This document shows, piece by piece, positions 38,541 to 49,300 of a stretch of 64,000 nt of DNA (position 1 is its first letter; every line of letters starts with the position of its first letter). The position numbers and the translations under genes are program-made. Origin of the DNA: a virus. Where the stretch lies: positions 29,105 through 93,104 of the IMG/VR virus record IMGVR_UViG_3300031519_008107, one strand, 5' to 3'. The notes below the pieces were generated by a model, which was not told where the DNA came from, made no database searches, and saw nothing but the letters and a program-made list of their open reading frames with translations.

Positions 38541-41500
38541 TTAACTTATGACCTCATCACAAGTAGCTACACCAGCATATTTCACTAAATTAGATCCATT
38601 CATACCTATAAAATAAGTTGGAACTTGACTAGCTAAAGGCAATGCGTCAAACAGTAAACCTCCAACACTACTATTGAAACCAACAGCACCCTTTGGAACA
38701 CCAACACTAACAACACACGAATTGCTTTCTCCGATGTCGGCAATAGTTATAGGGGTATCTTGAGGTATGGAATAAGGTATAATGTTAAGATAATCGGTAA
38801 CCACAACCTCATTATCTCTATCATCGGTAAGCTCAAAGTTACCACCAGCATCTACAACTTCTGCAGTAAATGTGCCACCTGTACCAGCTCCACTTATAGT
38901 CCTTGCTGGAATCACAGCACCACCTCCACCACCAGCACTCTTTTGATTAATCACTATATACTTACCATCATCATAATATAAATACGCAAAAGCGCCTTTC
39001 GATACTGTCATTCCCAAATAATCATAGACAATGACAGTAGCATTACGAACATCTTGTCGAATATCCTCTCCATCAGGACCCCAAAGATTGGTGTCTTTGT
39101 AATATGCAACTTTATCATCAGTGTTTCCAGCAGAACCATTAAACAACTCAGCCTCAGCTTGGCTATTAGGAGTTAAATTTTCCTTCATACGAGCTAATAA
39201 AACTTTGCTGTGTGTAGGAGCAACCCATACTCCTCTGTTTCTATCAAATCTTAAATCTATGGGGGCAACAGGCCAAGTCTTAGGGTTAGATAGCCAGTTT
39301 TTCAAAAACTTATCTTTTAATCCAGTATCTCTAAATTTACCCTTCTCGCAATTTTTAGCAGAGTCATTATCATTAGGGATAGGCTTACCGTCAGTATCAT
39401 AACCCCAACCTTGTAAAACTAAAGGGCCTCTGATGGCATTAAATCTAAAGTCTTGTTGCTCTTGTCTATCAAATTCTACTTCAACATTAGCAGTCGGTGT
39501 TACACCATCTTCTTCATATATGTCTTCAACGACAATTGAGGTATCCTTTCTTTTAACAACTTTATCTATCCTAGTAAAATATTGAGGATCTTTATCTACA
39601 GCAATTTTACCAACATTAAACCCAACAGCAGATTCATTAGTTCTATCATCTAATCTATCATCCATAACTTTTTTAGTCATATATGGATTAAGATAATTTG
39701 AGCATATTTGTAAATCAAAAAATGTATCATTTGTATTTCCTTCAGAATCAGTTACTTCTATAGAAGTTATTTTTAAAGGAGGAATAGATGAGTATGGTCT
39801 ATTTCTCATTCCACTAACACAACTACTTAAAGTATTAACAAAGCTCTGTAGATTGCCTTCATCCTTACCTCCAAAACCACCACTAATAGAAACTGGTAAA
39901 AAATGTGCGTCCAAACTAGTCATAGCCATATTCCTATAATATTGTTGATTATAGTCTTGACTGTAAGCATTACTAATCTGTGTTCTTACTACTCTTTTAA
40001 CTATATTACCTTCATCTGAAGCTGTGGGTTTTTTAGTTATACTTAAAGGAGCGTCGTCTACTTTTGTAGAAATCTCGGTAACTTTTAGATCCGTTACAAC
40101 ATCACTGCCCTCATCACTATTTTTATCTGCTTTTCCACGTTGCAATCCGTAATGAGACACAACTGTTTCAGCTCCGCCACCTCTGTTACCATCTTCAGCA
40201 CTATTGTTAAATCTAGCTGTAGGGGTTCCAGCCTTAGTAGATACCCCACCATCTGAAGGACTGCCATCATCCGCCATTCCCGGACTACCATCAGAAGATC
40301 CTCCTTTTTTCTTAGCTACTTTTGCTTTAGGTATTTTAAGGCTGTTTTTAAAACTAATATCACTTTTTTTATCTTGATCACTGGTTATTTTTTTTAATGT
40401 TTGTCTTCTTTCTTTAACTAATGACTGAACAGATTCTCTCACGTATTCTTCTGTTTGACCAAATTTCCTTGTATATGAAGAAAAAGATACATCAGTACTA
40501 GCCCCATTACTACCATAACTGATATTAAGACTATCTATTATGGCTCCAAAGTTACCAAAACTATCGGCTACAACAGCAGAATCACTTGATAGATCAAAAG
40601 TTGGAGTACCAACCATTGAAACACTTGCTTTTTCCTGAAAGACCCTAGAGTTTACACCATCTATAGCAATATTTTGCCCAGCCCGCACCATACCGTTTGT
40701 CCAGCTAATTGGCACAATATTAGGAGCCTGTAAGTTAGAAACAAACTGCCAAGGAGCTAAATCTGTCTCTACGATTTCAGTGCCACCATCAGTATCTGCT
40801 GTAACACTAAAAGGACCATAAACCTGAGTGTTACTTAAAAAAGGTATACACACTTCACATGGAACACAAGACAGAGGATTAAAGTCGCTATACTTGATAG
40901 TTTCCGCACTAGAAATAGCCCCATCTGTTTTTTTATTTTTATCATCATCGACTTCTTCCGCATCAACAGCGTCGGGATTCTTACTATCAATATCTTTGTC
41001 CCCAACAGGCTTCTTCCGGGGGTCTTGATCTTTATCTTTAAGGGTTACTGTGGTACCCGTAAGAAACAGCTCCATATTATGAAACACTTCTGCAGGATTA
41101 AAGTCCTCATTGTTAACAACAATCGCTTCTTGAGTTAAATCAACTTTAGGAATACTGAATCTTACTAAAACAGCATCTCCACCACTTTCATAATCCAATA
41201 TTGACGCATCATCTAATCGAGCAAATATCATTTCAGGATGAAACTGCGCTTTGACAAATATATCATCAAAAGGATCACCTATAACATTAAACGCTACATC
41301 GTCATGGTCTGTCGGTGTTCTCGGATTAACGGCTGTGACTTCTTCTAGTGGAGGTCCAATACAATTGTCAGCTCTCATATTGGGAGCCTCCTGATCTCCG
41401 GGGTGAAACAGAAACTGATCATGATTTAAGTTGGATAGTTCAGGTTTATACTTACCCCACAGATGACCTAGTTGAGCACACTGTACTTTAGCCGGTCCTA

Positions 41501-43718
41501 AATTAACAAAACCTGCTATTGTTCCGTCTGTATTTTGAAATTTATTTAAAGTTCTCCACGGAATACCCATCACTCCAGTTTGACTAGGGCCAGAAGCCCA
41601 ACCTCCATTTGTTGGAGTGTCGCTAGTATCAAAATTATTTTCATCTCCACTAATTCTGTAACCATATATATAACCTTCATTTAAATCTGATACTGGACTG
41701 TTAGGAGGAATTAATTTAGTGCTAGGCACAACAGGAAACTGGTTGTCAACTATAGACTGAGCCAAAGTCGTATTATAACTACTATTAAAACAAACGTCAT
41801 GACTATTAAGATTACTGCTTATGCCAGCATCTCTAAGATGACTTAAGAGCTGTCTATCTAAGAGAACAGCAAACTCTTTACCATAATAATCATCATATAT
41901 TTTTTTAACGTGCATTTGCACTAATTCCAATTGTTTTTTATTTCTTTTAGTAATGCATGGGTAGGCTCCGGGATCTAAGGTCTCACCTTTTTGAAAAGTA
42001 TCCATCAAGCCCATGACAATCTTATCGGACATGTTCTCCCAGCCATCTATAAGAATGATTGCACAAAAATATCCAACACTATTCTTATGATTAGCTATCC
42101 ATTTCGTATAAGTATCATAATTACTAGAAGCTAAAAGTTCTTCTAGAGTAAGTCTTGGCTTCCAAATTGCAAATAAGTCCTCGGCATACAGCTTATATCG
42201 ACCTGCTTGATCGTCAAGTGGCTCACTAGTAAGCTGTAATCCTTGCAATAAAACTTTAGCATTCGGCTTCCAGTCAATATCAAAACCATTTACGTTCTCT
42301 TCAGATCCATATCTTGTGAGATGTATTTTTTGAACAGGTGGGAACCTAACATTGTTTTCGTTGGGAATTTGTATCGTATCTTCTCCAAGAATTTGGAAAA
42401 TACGATGTCTATTAGGTAGCAGGCAGTCATTGGGTTGCAAATCTGGTCCGGGATCATTACCCTGATTATTAATATTTCTATCTAATCTCACCAAGTCTAC
42501 ATTAGAAGTTTGTGTGCCATTATCTCCACCAGTTTCACCCTGATAAACATCTTGAGCCTTAAAACTCAGACCATCTAGATCATTGTCTTTTCCTACGGTA
42601 TCTAAATAAATGTCTGGAGTAGCGTCTACTCTATGTTCTTCATGATCTACAATAGTTATTATATCGTCAGGAGTAACATCGGGAGTAATAGAAATAGCAT
42701 TATTACCAAAACCACTATCCCAGTCATTTAGGAAAGGGCCTGATTGCACATGAGAACGAAAACAGATATTCCCCCTATTGTAATCATGTATCTGTAAAAA
42801 ATATCTATAATTATCACCCATGACCACTTTTCTTGTTGTGACATTGGTGGATTCTTGTCCATAATCAAGTTCTTTAGTAAGATTAAAATTTGCAAAATTG
42901 TCATTGACATAATCTCTTAAAGCAAAAGCTGTAGGGACTTGTTGTCTGTTTATTACGTCTACAACTATATTAAAATCTGAAATTCCAACAGTACCAGCTG
43001 TTAATCTAATATTAAAGTCTGCTGCAATATCATCGCAAACACTTTGAATTAACTCCATGATACTAAGAGAATTAGAATCTATAATGCTATAGAAACCTTT
43101 AACTGTAGAGGTTAATGCACTTTGAAGATTGCTTAAATCAATTCTGATTGTTTGATTAGACAATGGTAGTTTTATTACTTGCGGAGCTGTCACAAACAGA
43201 GCTATGACATTACGAGATGGTATACCATGTTTATCTCTGTAAGAAGCTCCAAAACCAGCAGTAGAAGAACATTTCTCTGTACTGTAGCCACCACAATTAG
43301 AAGCTGTTAAAAATTGACTTGAAGATCCGGGTTCCAAACTTCGTAAAGCACTTAAAATATTTTGCCCAGAATCACAGCTAAGATAAATACCATCTACGCC
43401 ATATTGACGTCCTGTTATAATCTGTATATTTTCTAACGTATCTCTACCATCTGTCAGGGTAACGGAAATAGACCTACCAGAAGCACCTACTTTTATAGAA
43501 TGATTTGTTAATAAGCCAATAAAAAAAACGTTATCTACTGTAATGCTATATATCTTGCCTAATTCCCCAGTATATCCGACAAAACTTGATGGATTCTGAC
43601 CAGCAACTATAGTTTCTACCAACTGAAGATTAACAGATGTATTTGATTTACCTATACCTATACTAAAACTAGCGCTTACAACTTCACATCCTTCAAAAGT
43701 TATTCTAGATAATGCCAT
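38541..43718 (-). CDS. 1725-aa tail hub/baseplate-like protein
   Basis: Position downstream of the TMP; beta-rich N-terminus; LRGPL-like AIRGPLVLQGWGYD motif. Confidence 0.65.
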   Translation of the reverse strand: MALSRITFEGCEVVSASFSIGIGKSNTSVNLQLVETIVAGQNPSSFVGYTGELGKIYSITVDNVFFIGLLTNHSIKVGASGRSISVTLTDGRDTLENIQIITGRQYGVDGIYLSCDSGQNILSALRSLEPGSSSQFLTASNCGGYSTEKCSSTAGFGASYRDKHGIPSRNVIALFVTAPQVIKLPLSNQTIRIDLSNLQSALTSTVKGFYSIIDSNSLSIMELIQSVCDDIAADFNIRLTAGTVGISDFNIVVDVINRQQVPTAFALRDYVNDNFANFNLTKELDYGQESTNVTTRKVVMGDNYRYFLQIHDYNRGNICFRSHVQSGPFLNDWDSGFGNNAISITPDVTPDDIITIVDHEEHRVDATPDIYLDTVGKDNDLDGLSFKAQDVYQGETGGDNGTQTSNVDLVRLDRNINNQGNDPGPDLQPNDCLLPNRHRIFQILGEDTIQIPNENNVRFPPVQKIHLTRYGSEENVNGFDIDWKPNAKVLLQGLQLTSEPLDDQAGRYKLYAEDLFAIWKPRLTLEELLASSNYDTYTKWIANHKNSVGYFCAIILIDGWENMSDKIVMGLMDTFQKGETLDPGAYPCITKRNKKQLELVQMHVKKIYDDYYGKEFAVLLDRQLLSHLRDAGISSNLNSHDVCFNSSYNTTLAQSIVDNQFPVVPSTKLIPPNSPVSDLNEGYIYGYRISGDENNFDTSDTPTNGGWASGPSQTGVMGIPWRTLNKFQNTDGTIAGFVNLGPAKVQCAQLGHLWGKYKPELSNLNHDQFLFHPGDQEAPNMRADNCIGPPLEEVTAVNPRTPTDHDDVAFNVIGDPFDDIFVKAQFHPEMIFARLDDASILDYESGGDAVLVRFSIPKVDLTQEAIVVNNEDFNPAEVFHNMELFLTGTTVTLKDKDQDPRKKPVGDKDIDSKNPDAVDAEEVDDDKNKKTDGAISSAETIKYSDFNPLSCVPCEVCIPFLSNTQVYGPFSVTADTDGGTEIVETDLAPWQFVSNLQAPNIVPISWTNGMVRAGQNIAIDGVNSRVFQEKASVSMVGTPTFDLSSDSAVVADSFGNFGAIIDSLNISYGSNGASTDVSFSSYTRKFGQTEEYVRESVQSLVKERRQTLKKITSDQDKKSDISFKNSLKIPKAKVAKKKGGSSDGSPGMADDGSPSDGGVSTKAGTPTARFNNSAEDGNRGGGAETVVSHYGLQRGKADKNSDEGSDVVTDLKVTEISTKVDDAPLSITKKPTASDEGNIVKRVVRTQISNAYSQDYNQQYYRNMAMTSLDAHFLPVSISGGFGGKDEGNLQSFVNTLSSCVSGMRNRPYSSIPPLKITSIEVTDSEGNTNDTFFDLQICSNYLNPYMTKKVMDDRLDDRTNESAVGFNVGKIAVDKDPQYFTRIDKVVKRKDTSIVVEDIYEEDGVTPTANVEVEFDRQEQQDFRFNAIRGPLVLQGWGYDTDGKPIPNDNDSAKNCEKGKFRDTGLKDKFLKNWLSNPKTWPVAPIDLRFDRNRGVWVAPTHSKVLLARMKENLTPNSQAEAELFNGSAGNTDDKVAYYKDTNLWGPDGEDIRQDVRNATVIVYDYLGMTVSKGAFAYLYYDDGKYIVINQKSAGGGGGAVIPARTISGAGTGGTFTAEVVDAGGNFELTDDRDNEVVVTDYLNIIPYSIPQDTPITIADIGESNSCVVSVGVPKGAVGFNSSVGGLLFDALPLASQVPTYFIGMNGSNLVKYAGVATCDEVIS

Positions 43719-43731
43719 AATTATTTAATTC

Positions 43732-44622
43732 CTAATAAAAAACTTTAAATGCTTGGTTCAATGCTGGTGGGGCTTTTTTGCTAATACTACTAGCTTCAAA
43801 TGTTATAGAACTTTGAAGTGATGTAGTATCTATAGATATTTTACCTTCAAAAAAATCTAATCCATTAACCGTTTCAATAGTTGCACCATTCCTATCCTCT
43901 AACCAAAACCGGTATTTACTTTTTGATAGTCTCTCTTCATGACCGAAACGACTAATCATTTTTTCCTCTACAGTATTATACACTAAATTCTCTAATATTA
44001 GTTTGTATCTTGCATTCCCCTCTACATCAAATGGGTATCCTCCACCGACATATATGAATAATCTAACATCTAAAGCCTTTCGGGGATTATCCAAGACTTG
44101 TATGTATAAGTTATCATTTTCACTAATAAAATTAGATAATTCTTCATTGCCAGAAAATGCAATCTCTATGCAAGGAATCCCATAAGATTGAGTATTTTTA
44201 CTATTGACAAAATCTGCATCAAAACTCAAGAACGTATGTACATCATTATCTTGATTAATTATTCTAAATTTTTTATATTTATACAGAATAGTCGACTTCA
44301 TCACATCTGGTAGTAATAAAGAGCCAATACTAATAAAATTATCTTCATTTATTTCATATGAAACATCATTGACTTGAACGGTCCATTGAGAGATATTATC
44401 TATGTCTTGAAAGGCTGGACCAAAAAATATCTGATTATCATTAGTTCTAACTATCTTTGCCTTAAAACTTTTAGATGGATTGGCATTATGAAGAAATTGC
44501 ACGGTTTTTACTTCTTCATTAAAATCTTTAATATTTAAGCAGTTATAGAGTTTCAAACATTCTGTTGGCTCATATAAAAGCACTTCTCTACAATTATCTG
44601 TAATCGAATAATCTACGTTCAT
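43732..44622 (-). CDS. hypothetical protein (tail module)
   Basis: Tiles the tail operon. Confidence 0.65.
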   Translation of the reverse strand: MNVDYSITDNCREVLLYEPTECLKLYNCLNIKDFNEEVKTVQFLHNANPSKSFKAKIVRTNDNQIFFGPAFQDIDNISQWTVQVNDVSYEINEDNFISIGSLLLPDVMKSTILYKYKKFRIINQDNDVHTFLSFDADFVNSKNTQSYGIPCIEIAFSGNEELSNFISENDNLYIQVLDNPRKALDVRLFIYVGGGYPFDVEGNARYKLILENLVYNTVEEKMISRFGHEERLSKSKYRFWLEDRNGATIETVNGLDFFEGKISIDTTSLQSSITFEASSISKKAPPALNQAFKVFY

Positions 44623-44632
44623 AATACATGTC

Positions 44633-46351
44633 CTATGATTCTAAAAAATGTCTCGTGTACTTAACCGTCCTTCTGTATGACCCACCATTGCCGTAATTAC
44701 AAGTATCTGATACTTTTGCCCAAGTACTACAACCAACTCTTATTGCCATCTTTTCTATAGCAGTATCTGCTCCAGTAGAGATTGAGTCATAAGCATCCTG
44801 TTGCGGTTCTTTTTGTGCTGTGCAACTAATGCTATAACTTTCTAAATTTGTACAATCTATATCCTGAACAATAGGATATTTCCTACCGGGAATCACATGT
44901 TCTATAATTTTAGTAGCAGGTTTCTCATGGTCAACACTTATCTCTGCCCATAAAGCACCAGCTATTCTAAATCTTTTATTAGAATATTTAACACTAAAGT
45001 CAATTGAATTATTACTATAATCTCTTTTTAAACTTTTAGATACTAACATATAGTCATTATTTTCTGTGCCTATTGCAGACGCAGCGGGCTCACTAAGTAG
45101 ACTACCTGCCTGTAGATGTCCCGGTTTACCAATACCAACCCCTTCAGCAGTGCCACCCGCATGATTACTACTTGTATCCATAAAGGCTTGGTTTTTTATG
45201 TTTGTAAAAAATGCATTATCCTGTATCTTATCAGTATTAAATAATTTTTCTATAGCAGTCTCTGCGTTATCTATACATTGTGAATTAGAACTAGTTATAA
45301 TACGATCTAATAGCCCATCACCATCTACAACACCTGCAGTTATATTGGATTCATCAATTAAACCTTCATTATTATTTAATCCTATAGCCTTACCGTTAAT
45401 GGTTATAGTTTTTTCAGCAGAATCTAAACTATTAGAATGATCGACAGACATTGTTAATAAACATTTGTTGTCATTGGAGGATGGCAAGAATATTAATTCA
45501 CCTTGTATACCAGCTTTATTACCCATTTCATCTATATTATAGCCTAATTTTTGAAGAAAAGGTTTGGTTTGATATGAGGCAGGTAAAGAAAAATTACTAA
45601 ATAATACCTCACTTCTAAAATCAGAACCTAAATAGTGCTTAAGTCTCTGTTCTAAAACATGATTCAATCCTTTAACACCATACAAACCATTAAATGAATT
45701 CAGTGATGTAGCTCCTTCTACACTTAAAGTAAAATTAATTTTAAGATGTTTACCACCTACAGTACTAACACTATCAGCATAAGGCTCAAAATATAACGAA
45801 CTATCAAAGTCATAACTAAATGTTTCCTGAATGTTACTAATTCCTCTGGCTGTTGTATTTGAATCTGCCTCATTCTCCCATAAATTAAATTTTGATGCTA
45901 AACCACTATTAGGAGCAATTGCTGGTCCGGGGATCGATCCAGTTTCATAAATAGTTAATTTCATACTATAAGGTATAACATTCATCCAATTCCTTTGCGG
46001 ACCTTGATCAAAACTTAAACCATTTAATACACCGACACCATCCTGTAAAATATTTGTATCACCACATTTAATATTAATATTATTAATATAACCATTTTTA
46101 GTACTAGCATCTCTAATAGACTCTAAATTAGCTATACCAGTAGCAGTTTGACTAAAATTAGAACCATAAATAAAACCTTCTAAATCTACTTCTATACTAC
46201 CGCCTATAGTATAAGGTCCAGACTTAAACTCATTCTTAGTTAAGGTAACGAAAGGAATAGGTTCTAAGGACACATTATTAACTTTAATCTCAGAAGCTTC
46301 TGGTACTGCTTGAGATTGAAAATTTTGTGTATTAATATTGTTGAATTTCAT
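44633..46351 (-). CDS. putative distal tail protein
   Basis: Immediately downstream of the TMP; beta-rich. Confidence 0.55.
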   Translation of the reverse strand: MKFNNINTQNFQSQAVPEASEIKVNNVSLEPIPFVTLTKNEFKSGPYTIGGSIEVDLEGFIYGSNFSQTATGIANLESIRDASTKNGYINNINIKCGDTNILQDGVGVLNGLSFDQGPQRNWMNVIPYSMKLTIYETGSIPGPAIAPNSGLASKFNLWENEADSNTTARGISNIQETFSYDFDSSLYFEPYADSVSTVGGKHLKINFTLSVEGATSLNSFNGLYGVKGLNHVLEQRLKHYLGSDFRSEVLFSNFSLPASYQTKPFLQKLGYNIDEMGNKAGIQGELIFLPSSNDNKCLLTMSVDHSNSLDSAEKTITINGKAIGLNNNEGLIDESNITAGVVDGDGLLDRIITSSNSQCIDNAETAIEKLFNTDKIQDNAFFTNIKNQAFMDTSSNHAGGTAEGVGIGKPGHLQAGSLLSEPAASAIGTENNDYMLVSKSLKRDYSNNSIDFSVKYSNKRFRIAGALWAEISVDHEKPATKIIEHVIPGRKYPIVQDIDCTNLESYSISCTAQKEPQQDAYDSISTGADTAIEKMAIRVGCSTWAKVSDTCNYGNGGSYRRTVKYTRHFLES

Positions 46352-46360
46352 AATTTATTC

Positions 46361-49300
46361 CTATGCTATTGGACTCCCGTCGAGGAATGCACCCATTTGA
46401 TCATCTACAGCAGACTCAACTTTAAGCTGAATGCCACCATTCGTTGCCTTATTAATTAACTGACTGACTTGAGAAACACTAGCTGAAACAATTTGTGATT
46501 GCAGGGCTTCATAATTTGGTATGGAAGCAACTACATTTACATTTGTATCTAAACTTAAAGAATCAGGCAAAGACGATGAGTCTATAGTGACTGAGGAAGA
46601 AGCCGCACCACCTCCACCAGCACCACCAGCACCAGCACCACCGCCACCAGTAGGAGCACCGACTGGAGGGTTGGGATTCACGCTCATGTCAACTCCAAGT
46701 AGTTCTCTACCTAGCTGTTCCGTAGTAGCATTAGGATTCATTAAGGGGTTGTCTAATGGTACAGGAGCCATTATTGGTTTTTGTGTTTTTATATCATATG
46801 TACGACCGGGATCTCTAGATACTTTTTCTTGCTCAATAGTTTCATTAGCTGTTAATACTGCTGTTCTAATTGCTGATATTAATTCTTCATTAATAATTCG
46901 AGCAAGTTTAGCCATACTTTCTTCGACCGACTTAACACCCTGCTGTTCCATTCTTTGGAGAGCTTCATTTGCTTGTTGTCTAATGTTAGCTTCATCCATC
47001 GCAAGCTGTTTTCTAGTCTGATACTCTCCATCCTCTTCTCTATTCTGTGACTTCGACAAGTTAGCAGCCTCCGCTGCACTAATAGCCCCAGATTGTTGAC
47101 CTCCATCCAAAACCTCCTTCCTTCTTCTTTGGTATTCTTCTTCTCCTAATGATGCTCTTTGACTTTCTACAAACTGTAAAGCCTGTCCTACTTGCTTTCT
47201 ATCACCCTGTCCTGCTGCAACAGCAGCAAAGTTAGCTAAACTTTTACCTAATTGTTCAGGGTCTGTTAATGCGCTCATATAGCTATTCTGCTGCGCTTCT
47301 AATTGTCTTGTTCTTTCTGCCAAAGAATTCATAGCTGCATCTAATGCTGTAGTATCATTTGCTAAAAATTCTAAAGCCTGTCTGGTAGTATCAGATTGAG
47401 CATTAAGTCTACCCATTGCTTTGCCTGTTTCTTCTAACTCTTTGGCCCTGCTTTCACGTTGATCTGCTGTGTCTGTTGGCATAGCCGTTGCATCTATTTG
47501 TCTTTGTTCAACTTCTTTTCTTTCTGCTGTTAAAGTGTTCATTCGGCTTTCAAAAGCATCAACAGACGTACCTCCTGCATTTGTACGTTTTTTGAAGACC
47601 TCTAATTGTGCATCTGCTGGGGCTCGTCTTTCTGCTACACTTAGTCTGTTGCCTCCAGCTTCTGAAATTCTATTCGTATCATTAGCAAAATTAGCAGCAC
47701 CTTGCAACTGTAACTGAGTAACTCTCTGTAACGCAGCAGACAGTTTGTTTGCTTGAACATTTAATTTTTTCAATGCGTCAAATTTTATTTGAGCAATCTC
47801 TGTAAATAATTTTTGAGCTACTGCAACTTTGTCATTAAACGCTTTCATTGCTTCAGGATCGTCGCTTGTAGCAGCCTGTGTAACAAGAGTGTCCTTAATC
47901 TTCTGAAACTCTGGTCCTAAGTCTTTACCAATATCCTTAAATGCTTTTTCAAATTGCTCTGCTCTAAATTGACCACTAGCTTCTTTAGGCAATTTAGCAG
48001 TTACTTCTTCTTGAGCTCTCTTGAGTTCTAATAATCCCGCAGCAGTTTCTAACTCCGAGCCTCCTCCGCCAGCATTCACAACACTATTTAAACTACTTTT
48101 AAACTCTTCAGAAGTAAATCCTTGTCTATTGCTTAGTCTTTCGCTATCTATGTCTCTCATAGATGTTGTGGCATCAGCTCGTCCTGCAATTGAGCTTAAT
48201 CTTGAATCAGATTCAGCAACAACCTGATTCATATCATTAGTCAATTTTTTAATATTTGAGCTGGTTTTTAAAGCTATATATCCTAATGTTTTTGTAGCTT
48301 GTGCTAACACATCCGCATTAATAGCAGTCATTGCTAACGAAGCCGCTGTCCTGTTCTGTGATGCTACATAATTGTCAAAAGCTTTTTTCATTTGCGGGTC
48401 ATCTTCAAACCCGCCTTTCATCTTCTTCTCAGCCTCTGCACCAGTGAATCCACGATCCGCCAAAAATCCTCTCATCATATCCTGTTCAAAGCTCTTACCA
48501 ATATCTTCTTCAGATCTCGTGTCTCCTCGCTCTCTTGCGTATTGTATAGACGCTGCTCTTAATAGGCTAGTACTGGCATCGTCTAACTTAGCAAATTGTT
48601 TATTAGCTGTGGCTCTATCTCCTTCGAGTAAAGTTCTTACTTTTGCAAGATCAAAATCTTTAAGACCTTCTCTTTGCTCGGCGCTCCCAGCAGCTTGAAT
48701 ATCAGGAAGCCTATTGCCTATAGCTTTAGCTAATTCAGTTACTTTAAGAGCAGCTTGCTTGGAAGCTTCTGCTTGAGCTATTTGAGCTTCTTTATTTCCG
48801 GTAACCCAATTCCATACACTTGCTGTAGCTGCTACAAGACCCGCACCAAGTCCTACAACATTTTTTTTGGCAAATGCATAACTTTTAGATAAAAGAGTAG
48901 TGTTTTTAACTACGTCTTTAGTAGCTTTTTCTGTCCCTTCTTTACCTGCAGCTTTTGTTGCTTTAGTACCTGCTCCAAAAAGAAAACCCGTTATACTTTT
49001 CTTAACACTTCCAAAAGCATCAGTAACAGCTTTACTCATTCTAGGAATTAAAGTTTTTAAACTTTTCTTCGCAGCTTTTTGAGCTTGATCAGTTGCAACT
49101 TGTTCTGCCATACCCAAAGCAGTAGCAGGAGCAGCACCAGCTACACTAAGATCACCAGCAGCTTGAAGGGTATCTGTAGCAGCATCGAACAAACCAAAAC
49201 CAACATCAACAATAGCGTCTAGCCATTTGCCTTCGTATATATTAGCCGCAGCACTAGCAAAGTCTTTAGCTGCTCCAACATATGGTATAGCTCCGGTAGC